Source: Klebsormidium nitens
Lineage: Eukaryota > Plantae > Klebsormidiophyceae
Direction: 5' to 3'
Length of the DNA: 52,991 nucleotides
Assembly (NCBI GenBank): GCA_000708835.1
Contig: DF237554.1
Span: 1 to 52,991, forward strand
Below the pieces are notes generated by a model. The model ran no database searches. It was given only the letters and a program-made list of their open reading frames with translations, and was not told the DNA's origin. The translations under genes and the position numbers were made by a program. Positions 42,901 to 52,991 of this stretch are shown piece after piece; position 1 is the stretch's first letter; the number at the start of each line of letters is the position of its first letter.

Positions 42901-45248
42901 CAATCAACGGACAAAATGGGAATTTGAAGGCATGACAGGAGCTGGGGAGGAGAAACAACCGGGTTTACGAAAGTTTTAAGAAGCATTGAGATTGTGGGAG
43001 GGAGATAGTCTCTCTATTGCTTCTACACATGGGTAGAGGAAAAGGACTTCCACAAACCTGATTCTTTGACAGGCACCGTTGCACGCACAAGCCCAACCTA
43101 GAAATAGCCTCACAGGCTTTGCCACTGCCAATTCCTTACATCAACAGGCCGTGCGGTGTAGAAGAGAGCAACTTCTGTGTCAGATTTTTAAAGCCTTGTA
43201 CAACAACAAGCTCTGTGGATGTAAATAAGCCCTGCCAGAACTCAATGAGCCTCCGGGGGGTGTGGATATGCCCAGCAGTTGTGAATACCCAACTATAACC
43301 AAAACCCTTGTATGCCAACAAGCACTGCTGATGTATTATAAGCCTGCCAGCGCTGAACAACCTGCGAGTGTGAATATGCTTAGCAACTGTGAACACCCAA
43401 CTGGAACACCCACCTGCATGTACAGGAACTGCCGCTCCGCCTCCTGCTTCCGAAACAGCTGCTGCCCCTGCTGTTGTTGCGCCCTCAGCTGCTCTTCTCG
43501 CTCCTTCTGTTGCTTCACCAATTGCTGATGAATCTGCCGGTTCATCCGCTCTTTCTCCCTGTTCAGTTGCATCTGCATCTTCTCCTTGAGCTCACTGCTC
43601 ATTACCCCTCCCTCAAAACCCCCCGCCAGATTTGGTTTGACGTCCGCACCCCCGTTCTCGTTCTGGAAACTCCTCACCCCTTTCGGGGGGTGCCGGAAGC
43701 CCGCTGAACCCTCCCCACCTGACGTGCTGTTTCCCCAATCGCGGTTCTCATCCTGGAAGGGATACAGCGTGTTGCTCTGGCTCTCATCGCTTGTGAGCGT
43801 GCTCTGGTTCTCTTTCCCGCTGTCGAAGTCGCGATGGGGGGGAGAAGGCGTGTCTTCGTTCAGCACCTGAGCCACTAGCTCGTCCCCCTCATCATCCTCA
43901 ACTTTGACGTCTGTTTTTGAGAGGCTGTTACGGAGGGGGGTTGACTGCTCCCAAGGAACGGAGCTGGTATCCGGGCCCCTGCAAACAGAGGGATCATCCG
44001 CATTAAAGAACACCCTACACACTAGGGGATCATTGGCGCCCAGAGAGAGTCCTGCTAAACTAAATGAGTCCACTCGGAACATGTCAACCCTCCAAGCCCC
44101 TCGCTTTCTCAACTCCCCAAATCATAGAAGTGAGCTTCCTATGCTTCTTCACCGGATCGTCTGACAAGGCCTAATCGCTTTCATCCGCTTCTACACACGC
44201 AAGGCACCTGAAGCTTTGCTTATAAACAATGCCCTTCTGCATGCACGCTGCTTAGGAATTCATTGCTGTAGTGCGGGCTCTAACGATCAACTTCCCAGTA
44301 GCCTGATTATTCTGTCTCGGCTCATTCTAACGTCACATGCAATCCCCCATTGGAGTCTCCCACCAACCAACTTCAATAGAAAACTCCTCAACCCCGTATC
44401 AACATTTCAACCATTGAAGCAACAACATCCTTGCGGGCTCAGAGTGCAAGAGTACCATTTGACTACCAGTGATCGCAAGGCTCGCCTCTATGCCCCTTTT
44501 GTCCTTTAGCCCACAAGCTTGCAGTCAAAGAAGCCTGTTGATCAAGCAGAAAGTGATTACTTACTTGAACCAAACATCCATGTCTCCCAGCCCCTCATAT
44601 CCGTAGTCCACAGCCCCCGACAACCGTTTTCCAGGGCCCATTCCCACCAGGTCCCCTGACCCCAAGTTGTCCAGTGTGAACGAGCCCGAGGGCAGCCGCA
44701 TGTCAACCTCCCCCTTCAAGCTTCCTCCCACAACATCCGTGATTGCCCCTGATCCCTCAAACCCCTCATCCAAAACGCTCGGCACAAGGCCAGAGTTGCT
44801 GCCATTCCCAAGGCTCAGGGGGGGGCTCAGAGAGGGAGTCCGCACCCCCTCCCATTCGTCTGCTGAACTGCTCTTTGGGTTTTGTGACCGCTGGTCTGGG
44901 GGGGCGAACTTGGCAGATCGGCTACGGGAAGAGCGTTTCCCCTTGCGAATCTCCAAGGGGGGGCTCTCGCGATCCGGCACGATGCCGTCGGAGCTCGTTC
45001 CCTCAAAGCCGTCCCATCCCAGGTCATCGTCAAACTGCACAGAACAACACTTCTTGGTTGGTGAAACAGTCAAATAACATTAGCTCAGGCTTCAGATGTT
45101 TGTGTCTTGGTTTCAGTCTCCCAAGGACGACCCAATCTAACATTAAGAGATCAACAACAAGTGTCACTGGCTCCTTTCATTGAACCTTTGAAGATGTCAA
45201 CCCAAGTCCAGAGTCTCTGCTGGCAGATTGCGCTTCTTGAAGCTGCAT
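39908..45248 (-). CDS. LNK: LNK-family (NIGHT LIGHT-INDUCIBLE AND CLOCK-REGULATED) transcriptional coactivator
   Basis: Phase-consistent exons 45034-44565, 43978-43414, 42637-42413, 41935-41318 and 40876-39908; candidate first exon 45248-45186. LNK motifs: N-terminal LGWDGFEGTSSDGIVPD, a Q-rich middle, EANVFRELEGAMRTLDVGMRLTLRDSLFRLADSASQR and TQMIDRAVANLLYHK (cf. recalled land-plant LDxxTxLCIRDSLYRLAxSA and TNPIDRSIAHLLFHRP). Confidence 0.85.
43225..43405. repeat. Diverged ~70-bp direct repeat at the 5' end of an LNK intron
   Basis: ataagccctgccag...gtgtggatatgcccagcagttgtgaatacccaact versus ataagcctgccag...gtgtgaatatgcttagcaactgtgaacacccaact, adjacent to the donor at 43413. Confidence 0.7.
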
Positions 45249-47479
45249 ATTCACCCTCTCTTCCTGGCTCAGTCACATGATCTAAGGAGACTCGGCCCCT
45301 TTTACTTCAACTGCACCCCCGTCTAGACTTTATATACTTCACTTCCGCTCAATTCACCTAGCATCCTCCTATCCACATGATGCGGGTTCTTAGGTTGGCC
45401 TCTCTGCCTGCCTGCCTCTCCACATTGGGGGCATGCTAAGACCCCTTTGACTGCCCTCCAATCAAACCTCCTGCCAACCAAAGGCAGCAGCTATGTCAAG
45501 CTTGCTCACAGCAGACTTGGACCAGCAATGCCCATGCCGCTGTGAGCAATGCCCAACCATTTCCAGCTCTCCAGTTCTGCTCTGCGTGCAACCTAGCCCT
45601 GCTTTGCAATAACAAAAGAACTAACCTCCAGACAAGCACTCCCTCGATCGAAGAATGAAGGCATGCGCAGACATAACGAGACAAAGGCATTCCATTAAAG
45701 CCAGCTCAAAGCCAAGAAACATAGGCTCGGAACCAAAGGTCAGATTGTCAACCATAGAGTTTAAGAAGGCCACACATTCGCATGCAAGGCCATGTGCATC
45801 AATCTTATCACTGCGAAACTTCAAGAGATGTCCGTCTTCAGGGCAGATGAAACAGACTCAAGCTGTGGTCTATTCGCTACATACCCCTTGCTCAATCTCA
45901 AGGTTCCTCAGATCGAACCCCAGACCCTTAATTTTGCCTACGATCCGACCCGAAAATCAGGGTGTTGAGCTTGGAGAACTCAACAAACTCTGAGGCCTGA
46001 GGATAGTATAAGCAACTCTAGTGCAGGCTATATGTAGGGGTCCTTCTTGCACCACCTGCTAAAATATCAAGGCCCCCTTCCTTCTGCTTGTTGAACTCGC
46101 CAACCTCTTCTGTATCTGTCTGCGCTCACCCCTTTCCACCCCAAGGATATTCCACGAATCAAGGACCCCCTTCTATAAGATAACTTTGGAAGAAGCTCAA
46201 GGGGACAGCTCCTAGAGCACAGAGCAGGGCTTGGTCCTATGACGAAAAGCCAATTGATTCATACCATGTTCCCCCGTCCCACAAGATTCCCCCTCCCTCC
46301 CCTTGCCCCCCTTCCAATACGGCAATGCACGCAATCCACAGCTTCCAAATCAGCAGCAGCATCAGAACTGTGCTTCCAGCTATTTGTTTCAAATTCAGGT
46401 CCCTACAAGCAACTTTGCTCATCTTGCAAGGTTCAACGTTCTGTTGTGCACTTCCATTATACATACAGCTCAAGGAAGGTATTGTTTCACATCCGAGCTG
46501 AAGCCAATACTCAAACCCCAGAAACCAAACCCCGCTCACATCAACCTTTTGCTGGACATACAACAGTGAAAAATTTGACTTAAGCATACCCCCCAGACTT
46601 AAGTTGCCAAAAGGAAACCAACCCAGACAATAGCAACGGCAAAGGCAAAGCGGCTCACTGTTGTGAAGCTATTGAGGTTTGCATCCCTCTGATCCACGTA
46701 GCCCCAACTCGACATGTTGGCGCTTAGGTTCCACTAGCCCTCTGCCTGAGAATCATTCTCTAGTCACCAGCACATTCAAACCTCCAGCTAACACAATTTC
46801 AACTCTCCTGCCTCTCTCTTCCTTGTACAAACTTTGATTATGTCCCCTGTTGCCTTCTCAGGATATATCCCTACCGCTCTTTGCAAATGGCCCAGAACTC
46901 AGAAGCAGATAAGGTCCTACGTGCTCCCAAGGACTGCACCGTTCCAAACCTTTCCTCGATACGACCGTCGCGACACGACGCAGACAGCCACGTCAAGCAC
47001 TGCTCATGACCTCTTCACAGCGTTATCAAATCAGCTCCTAGCCTTCTCTTGCACACCTTCCTTCAAACGTAGTTGCTGCGTTTTCCAAATCGCTTCCATA
47101 GAGGCAAATCAGCACATCTTTCGCACGCTAGCGCCCAGATTGCCTTTCCTTCCCAGAGCTTCCTGACATCGCCCGCGCCTTTTGAAAGTGGAGGTTACAC
47201 GGTTCCCCTTCAGGCAGGCATATCCACAATGGTGTTCAAATCAACAGGCTGGGATGAAACCACTGTTCTTGACACCAAATCCGATTAGGTTACCCGGTAG
47301 AATGTACCGAGCAAACAATATGGAAGTTGAGAAACTGGAAGTTGGGCCCTTCCCGGCCCAGCAAACCAAATCAGCGAATCTGTTCGAGCGTGCGGTCCGC
47401 TCACGTCAGAACTTCACGAGGCTGTGGCTCAAATGGAAAGCTGGTGGCCCACGTTCACCCGGGCGTGACAGGGTGAAAG

Positions 47480-47580
47480 AAACTTGTGGCCCAGCGTCAG
47501 ATTTGGACAATCAAATTACGCAACCTGATTGGCCTAAAGCCCACGGCCCCACATGATCCTGGGGCTATAAACTGAGCAGG
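47480..47580 (-). promoter_or_regulatory. Probable LNK proximal promoter (TGGGCY site-II-like and CCAAT motifs)
   Basis: The minus strand reads tgggccgtgggctttaggccaatcagg...tgggccac. Position upstream of LNK is inference; the TSS is not known. Confidence 0.35.
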
Positions 47581-47585
47581 ATCCA

Positions 47586-47825
47586 GTACTGGGAGTACGG
47601 TTGGATGCACCGTACGTGGCGTTGCACACGGCCGCAAAACTAAGGGTACCGACGTAAGAACTTGGTACGTACTGCCACTTTGCATAAGGTATGAAGCAGG
47701 TACCTGTAACCTAAGGTACCTACCTGGTACACTGTACCTACCGGTATCTAGCCTGGCCGATGGGACTACGGTACGTACCTGGTGTGGCATAAGTACCTTT
47801 TAGTGTACGGTACTATCGCAGGTAC
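47586..47825. promoter_or_regulatory. Dense GTAC cluster (16 sites in 240 bp) between the divergent LNK and BOU genes
   Basis: Hand count of GTAC at about 47586, 47595, 47612, 47646, 47665, 47669, 47700, 47716, 47727, 47734, 47771, 47775, 47793, 47805, 47810 and 47822; about 1 is expected by chance. A regulatory role is not proven. Confidence 0.45.
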
Positions 47826-48506
47826 CTATTTTTGAAGTGCAGTATAGCCGTGTGGATTTAACCATAGCTTATGTCTCTTCTCTTGATTACGTCACGCATC
47901 TCAGCGACCGTTTGCTCAGTCAACCACCAGAATTTACCGCCAAAAAGTGTACCTAGGCTACCTATACTACGACGCCGGCGCCGCGCTTCAAATTCAGAAC
48001 TCAGTGGAAGCTCAAGTACCCAAAAAGTGTCGCCTAGATTGCCAGCACTTTTTATGAACACAAGCTTGCATTCAGAGGAGGGCATTAACGGCTGTCTCAA
48101 ATAAATGGCGTCAATGAATCCGTCATGTACCCAAAAATCGATTTGGAGAAGTGCTACGTCCACGTTTGAACATTGAAAAGCTAGCTGATCATGCGAGCTT
48201 GGTCATGGAGTCAGTAACCAGTTACGTACCGGCACGTACCGGGTTCAAAAATTAGGGTTCTGCATTGTGGATCATTGCATCAGGCTGCTTGCAACCTTCT
48301 GAATCTGATCTACCGTAGGTAATACACTAGCAGTGGCACTAGCACGAAGAATTTCTTCCGAACGAATCCTTTCGACCTGCTACAGCACGGCATTCAGTAG
48401 ATCTCGTCCTTCTTGTGGGAGCATTTACCGCCACTTTGGTATTCTGTAATTGCGTGTCGAGTGTGGAGGGTTGTCAACACTTCGCGGAATAATAAGGCGA
48501 GAAAGC

Positions 48507-51500
48507 ATGGGCGGCGAAACTGGCGAAAGCAGCTCGAGTGTGTTCGTGAAGGACCTGACAGCCGGAACGCTTGCGGGCGTGGCTCAGCTCTTAGTGGGGC
48601 ATCCATTCGGTCAGTACCAGTCCAGGTCTAAGTTGTCAGAGGGCTACGGCAGTCTTCTGCAATTCGAGAATATTTCGAGTTTTAGATGCTTTATTATTGA
48701 GATCTGATGCGTCTAGCGGCAGAGATCTGTAGAGGGCACAGAATCAGCAGTCTGATGCTTTGGGTGTGTTTGCAGATACAATCAAGGTCAAACTGCAAAG
48801 CCAACCAAACCCGCTGCCGGGAGAGGTAAGACTGCGCCATCTGATTTACGGCTTGCATGAGATCTATGTCAAGAAATGGAGAATCAACAGGCAGATATTC
48901 TCCAGTGTTTGCACGGTGTGTGCAAACCGTGCAAACCGTGTTCACATCTGCCAGTGGTAATGCGAAAAATTGTTTGCGGTACGAGTGTGTCATCTCAATT
49001 TCGTCACCATAAGGACTTCAGAGTTTGGTGCCGCTGGAGACATGGATCTGGCGCCACGCACCGCCACCTTTTGATAGGGCACCGCTCAGTACGGAAAGCG
49101 GAATCCAGTCAGTTTTGATCATGCATCAGGGTGTTGCGAGCGGTTCGTAGCACCAACAGCATTGCCTGAGACGTAGGACAAGGAGAGTAGTCTTCTGAAT
49201 TTTCTCAGATGCACATCAGCTGAGACTGACTAAGACAGGGTCATAATCTGTTTCAAACTACGTGAGGAAACCCGCATAAGAAAAAAGCTTGAGGTATGGA
49301 GCATCGCCAGTAGCACCTTTCAGAAGAGCGCAACAGTTGTGCAGCGCAAATGTCGAGGGTTGGCAGCTTAATTGCTGCCTCTCTTTAATGACGGGATGAC
49401 CTCTCCTTCACCAGCTACGAGTCGCAAGTAGCTGTGTCATTCAGTCCACTGCTTTCGTCAACCAGATCACAGATTGGTCAATGGCTTTTCAAGTATGCTC
49501 GCCTCGCCTCCAGTCCGGACTGAAGTACCAACCGCTTGAGAAAAGTTGTCAGCAGCTCTCTTTCTATCCTATCCTTCGACAATTGAAGACCTGAGCTGCC
49601 ATTCATCAAAGAGGCGCACACTGGAAACGAATTCTCTGTTGTCTGAAATACGTTCCCCTCCTGCCCCTAGAACCCCAAAACCCCGAACCCCTAGATAGCC
49701 CGTCAATTGAGTACCGTATTGGTCCGCTGTCAAGCGTCGTACCACATCCTTACATGCTGCCAGTTTTAAGGTTTGCTGACATGCCATAGCTTACATCATC
49801 GACCTACCAATAAAGCCACCCCGAGCCATTGATTGCAGCACCGTAATGTCAACCAGATCTTCCGCCCGACGTTTCTCTCCTTTTTGAATGTTCTTAATGC
49901 CTCACCTTCCGTTCGTCGGCAAAGTGCTGTCCACTGGAGGACTGTCAGGTCGTGAGCTCAAGATATCGTGGACCTTAAGCTAAGCTTACCACCACGCTCT
50001 TGCACGTCGAGAGTTTCAGTTCCGGAACTTTTGCGGAACTCACACGCTCATACCTTCCCTTGCAGAAACCGCAATTCACGGGGGCCATCGATGCGCTCAA
50101 AAAAACCATCGCCGCCGAAGGCACGAAGGGGCTCTACAAGGGGATGGGTGCCCCCCTTGCGACGGTGGCCGTTTTCAACGCCGTGCTTTTCACAGTGAGG
50201 GGACAGATGGAGTCGCTGCTGAGGAGCAAACCGGGGGAGCAATTGACAGTGGGGCAGCAGTTTCTGGCGGGGTCCGGGGCGGGGGTGGGAGCGGCGCTCG
50301 TGGCATGCCCGACGGAACTGATCAAGTGCAGGTTACAGGTGGGTTAAGTCGTAACTATGTCAAATCCTGACGGATGTGATCCGGATTTTTTTGGTGGACT
50401 CCAAGGCGGGGGTAGGCGCGGAGCTCGTGGCGTGCCCGACGGAACTGATCAAGTGCAGGTTACAGGTGGGTTAGAGTCTTAACTACGTCATGTTTAACGT
50501 ACCTTTCTTGGCGGTGTCCGGGACGGGGTTAGGCGCGGCGCGTGTGGTGTGCCCGACGGAACTGATTGTGTGCAGGCTGGTAAATTCATAATTTGTTTTG
50601 CATTTAGCTACTCTTTGGGCTTTTGGCGGAAAGTTTCGGGAGAGGATTCGGCATGGCGCTCGGGGTGCGCCTCATGGCAACATGAAGTGCTGGTCGAAAA
50701 TGCACCCATCTGAGATCCTTCATAGAAACGTGGTTGACACGTTCTTCAGCGTGACCAGATAACAATCACTAGTAAAACTATACTCCTTGACGGAAGATGA
50801 ACCGATGAAATTTCTGTCGCTTGTTCTCTCCAAGTGTTGTCGTTCGCAACCGATCCCAAAGAAGGGGGGGCTTGCCTTATAGGTGTTCCTTTTCACTGCA
50901 TGGAACGGAAGCTCCTTTTGCGGAAATTTGTGATTGACATTCTGTGGAAAACGCGCCTACCAGCTAAGCCTTTCGACGGTGCATCATGGCTAAGTGATGT
51001 CAAGCTCGTCGTTGAGCTGTCCGGGCTGTTCGAATCGCCTTGCCGCATCTCCTCGGAGGTCAAGAAGAGAATTACGGAGTGGGTCAGTCTTTGAGGTTAT
51101 TGTTCGTTTTCCGACATAATCCCCAAATCTGACAGTATGTCTTTGAGTTACGATTTGCTTGCTTCAAACAGCTCCACTGACTGACAGGTCTTCCTTGCAA
51201 TCAGACCCACCACAATGGTCTTTGGCCGAGCAATCTCGTCGAAGCGAAAAGCAACCCGGTTTAAAGAACGGCACAGGTTCCGTCGAACGAGCCCCCTTCG
51301 ATGTCGTGTCCACAACACCATTGCTTATCTGCGCCTTTCTTCTTGATTCGCAGGCCCAAGGCCCGGCAGCCGCGTTGGCTGGCGTGACAGGTGGCACGTC
51401 CGAGGTGCAGATCAAGACACTACGGTACAACGGCCCGATCGACGTGGCGCGCCATGTGTTGCAAGCGGAGCGCGGGGTCATCGGCTTATATAAGGGCTTG

Positions 51501-51872
51501 GTCCCGACGCTGCTGCGGGAGGTCCCGGGGAACGCATTTATGTTCGGCGCGTACGAGTATACGAAGCAGCTTCTCGCCGGGGGAAAGGATACGAGCAAAT
51601 TGGGAACGGGGTCGCTGCTCGTGGCGGGGGGGGTCGGCGGGGCCATGTTCTGGGCCACAGTCTACCCCACGGACGTGATCAAGAGTCTTGTGCAGATTGA
51701 CGATTTTAAGAACCCAAAATATTCGGGAACGATTGACGCGGCCCGGAAGATTCTGGCGTCGGAGGGTGTGAAGGGGCTCTACCGAGGATTCGGCCCCGCA
51801 ATGGCGCGCAGCGTTCCAGCAAACGCGGCCGCCTTTTTGGCATACGAGATGGTGCGGAGCTCGCTTGGTTAG
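48507..51872 (+). CDS. BOU: Mitochondrial carrier family protein, A BOUT DE SOUFFLE-like, 4 exons
   Basis: Exons 48507-48609, 48776-48825, 50066-50338 and 51354-51872. Three MCF signatures (PFDTIKVKLQ, PTELIKCRLQ, PTDVIKSLVQ), plus GTKGLYKGMGAPLATVAVFNAVLFTVRGQME and GFGPAMARSVPANAAAFLAYEMVRSSLG*, nearly identical to recalled Arabidopsis BOU. Confidence 0.93.
50270..50586 (+). repeat. Three tandem copies of BOU exon-3 end + donor
   Basis: gtggcatgcccgacggaactgatcaagtgcaggttacag|gtgggtt (donor 50339) is repeated with a donor at 50466; a more diverged copy gcccgacggaactgattgtgtgcaggctg|gtaaat ends at ~50586. Confidence 0.9.
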
Positions 51873-52790
51873 CGCGAGGGGTACCGCGCGCGTGTTGGGT
51901 TAGCAACTGCGAGCCAGTGCTAGCCAATTGTGTACAGCTATTCTTCTTGGATTCCCCGTGATCCAATTCCAATCGAACAATTCAGCCGGCTTCGTTCTCG
52001 AATAAAATCGAGTCTAGCGTCAGCTATAGCCAATGTCCAAGATTTATCTTCAGTGTTGACATTTACAATCAACAGAGGCGCTCACGCTGAAGGGGACGGG
52101 ACAAGCGGCCAATCAATAAAACCAACCAGGTCGTTGCCAAATCGAATATGAAGTGACGAGAGTCACAATCTATCTTTTGATCGGATTGAGCGAGTTGTGC
52201 TCGCCAAGATCTGAACGGGCCATTGCTCAGTCAAGCCAGCGCCGTCCAATGCTGTCCGACTCACTGTATCGATCAACTTCGAATCGATTGATCAGGTGTC
52301 TGCCAATGTTAACATAAGACACATGATGCGTATCGTAGCCTAGCAGATCAGCGCATCTGACGCAGATCTTTATGCAAGCTTCACGCATGATGGGTGCGGC
52401 GAATTTCGCGAGGCAGCTATAGTAAGTTTGTGCAACACATCATGAGCTTGGTAGTGACAGCGCTACGGTCGGAAGTAATGATATAGACTACGCATATAGT
52501 TTAGGTATAGTCACTATAACTTGACTATGTGCCAGCGAGCTCCAAGTATAGCTGAGTCCAACTTAGCATCAGGCAATAAACCGTCATGCACCATGCGCGG
52601 CTGAATCTTCCGGCTAAATGGAGCTTGACCAAAGTGAGCATGTAGCGCGCGCTCGGCTTTTTGGCCGGGGCTCGACCGTCGTCATTGGCAGGCTCGGCGC
52701 GCTGAGCTGCACAGGCTGGATATTGGTACACGTATGGCCACAGGCCAGTTATATGAGGTTGGGGCCCTCCGGACAATTGGAGGGTCCGTC

Positions 52791-52836
52791 TGTCATTCGA
52801 CCGGTCAACCTCCGGTCAATCTCCGGTCAAATGACA
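52791..52836. repeat. Short inverted repeat enclosing three 11-bp-spaced ccggtcaa direct repeats
   Basis: tgtcattcgaccgg versus ccggtcaaatgaca (13/14 complementary); ccggtcaa occurs three times. Confidence 0.6.
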
Positions 52837-52991
52837 GAGAAGTCTGTCGCGCGTCCGGTCGGAAGTTGAATTACTGGACCAAAATTTAAAACCGGCGAAA
52901 TTGCTCGTTATTTTCGGCGAGTCTGCTGTATTGAACTAGAAAAGGCACCGGATCACCGAGACCACTAACTCCCAAAATACTCCCAGAGCTA

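Noticed and set aside
46061-46069. Evening element near LNK (AAAATATCA)
   Set aside because: One mismatch to AAAATATCT, single occurrence, and far from the likely promoter; chance-level.

Overview
Intron-rich eukaryotic nuclear DNA. GC-rich exons, GT-AG introns, plant-type LNK/BOU/organellar poly(A) polymerase genes, flagellar genes and TTTTAGGG-type repeats fit a streptophyte alga such as Klebsormidium (inference). Nine protein-coding genes are supported: an EamA/DMT transporter (+), two tandem DUF4419 paralogs (-), RNF32 (-) head-to-head with TTLL9 (+), a bacterial-type (PcnB-like) poly(A) polymerase (-), a TPM-domain membrane protein with C-terminal zinc ribbons (+), an LNK clock coactivator (-) and the mitochondrial carrier BOU (+). 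There are two N gaps and a small foldback/MITE element. The most unusual signal is a recurring splice-junction echo architecture: several introns contain tandem, diverged copies of their own exon/intron boundary (7 extra acceptor+exon-start copies in the poly(A) polymerase, 3 in the TPM gene, 2 donor-side copies in BOU, plus smaller cases). Other points of interest: an intron present in only one DUF4419 paralog, a 16x GTAC cluster between LNK and BOU, and single-base frameshifts at short base runs that look like assembly errors. All family calls come from hand translation and recalled motifs; no database searches were run.
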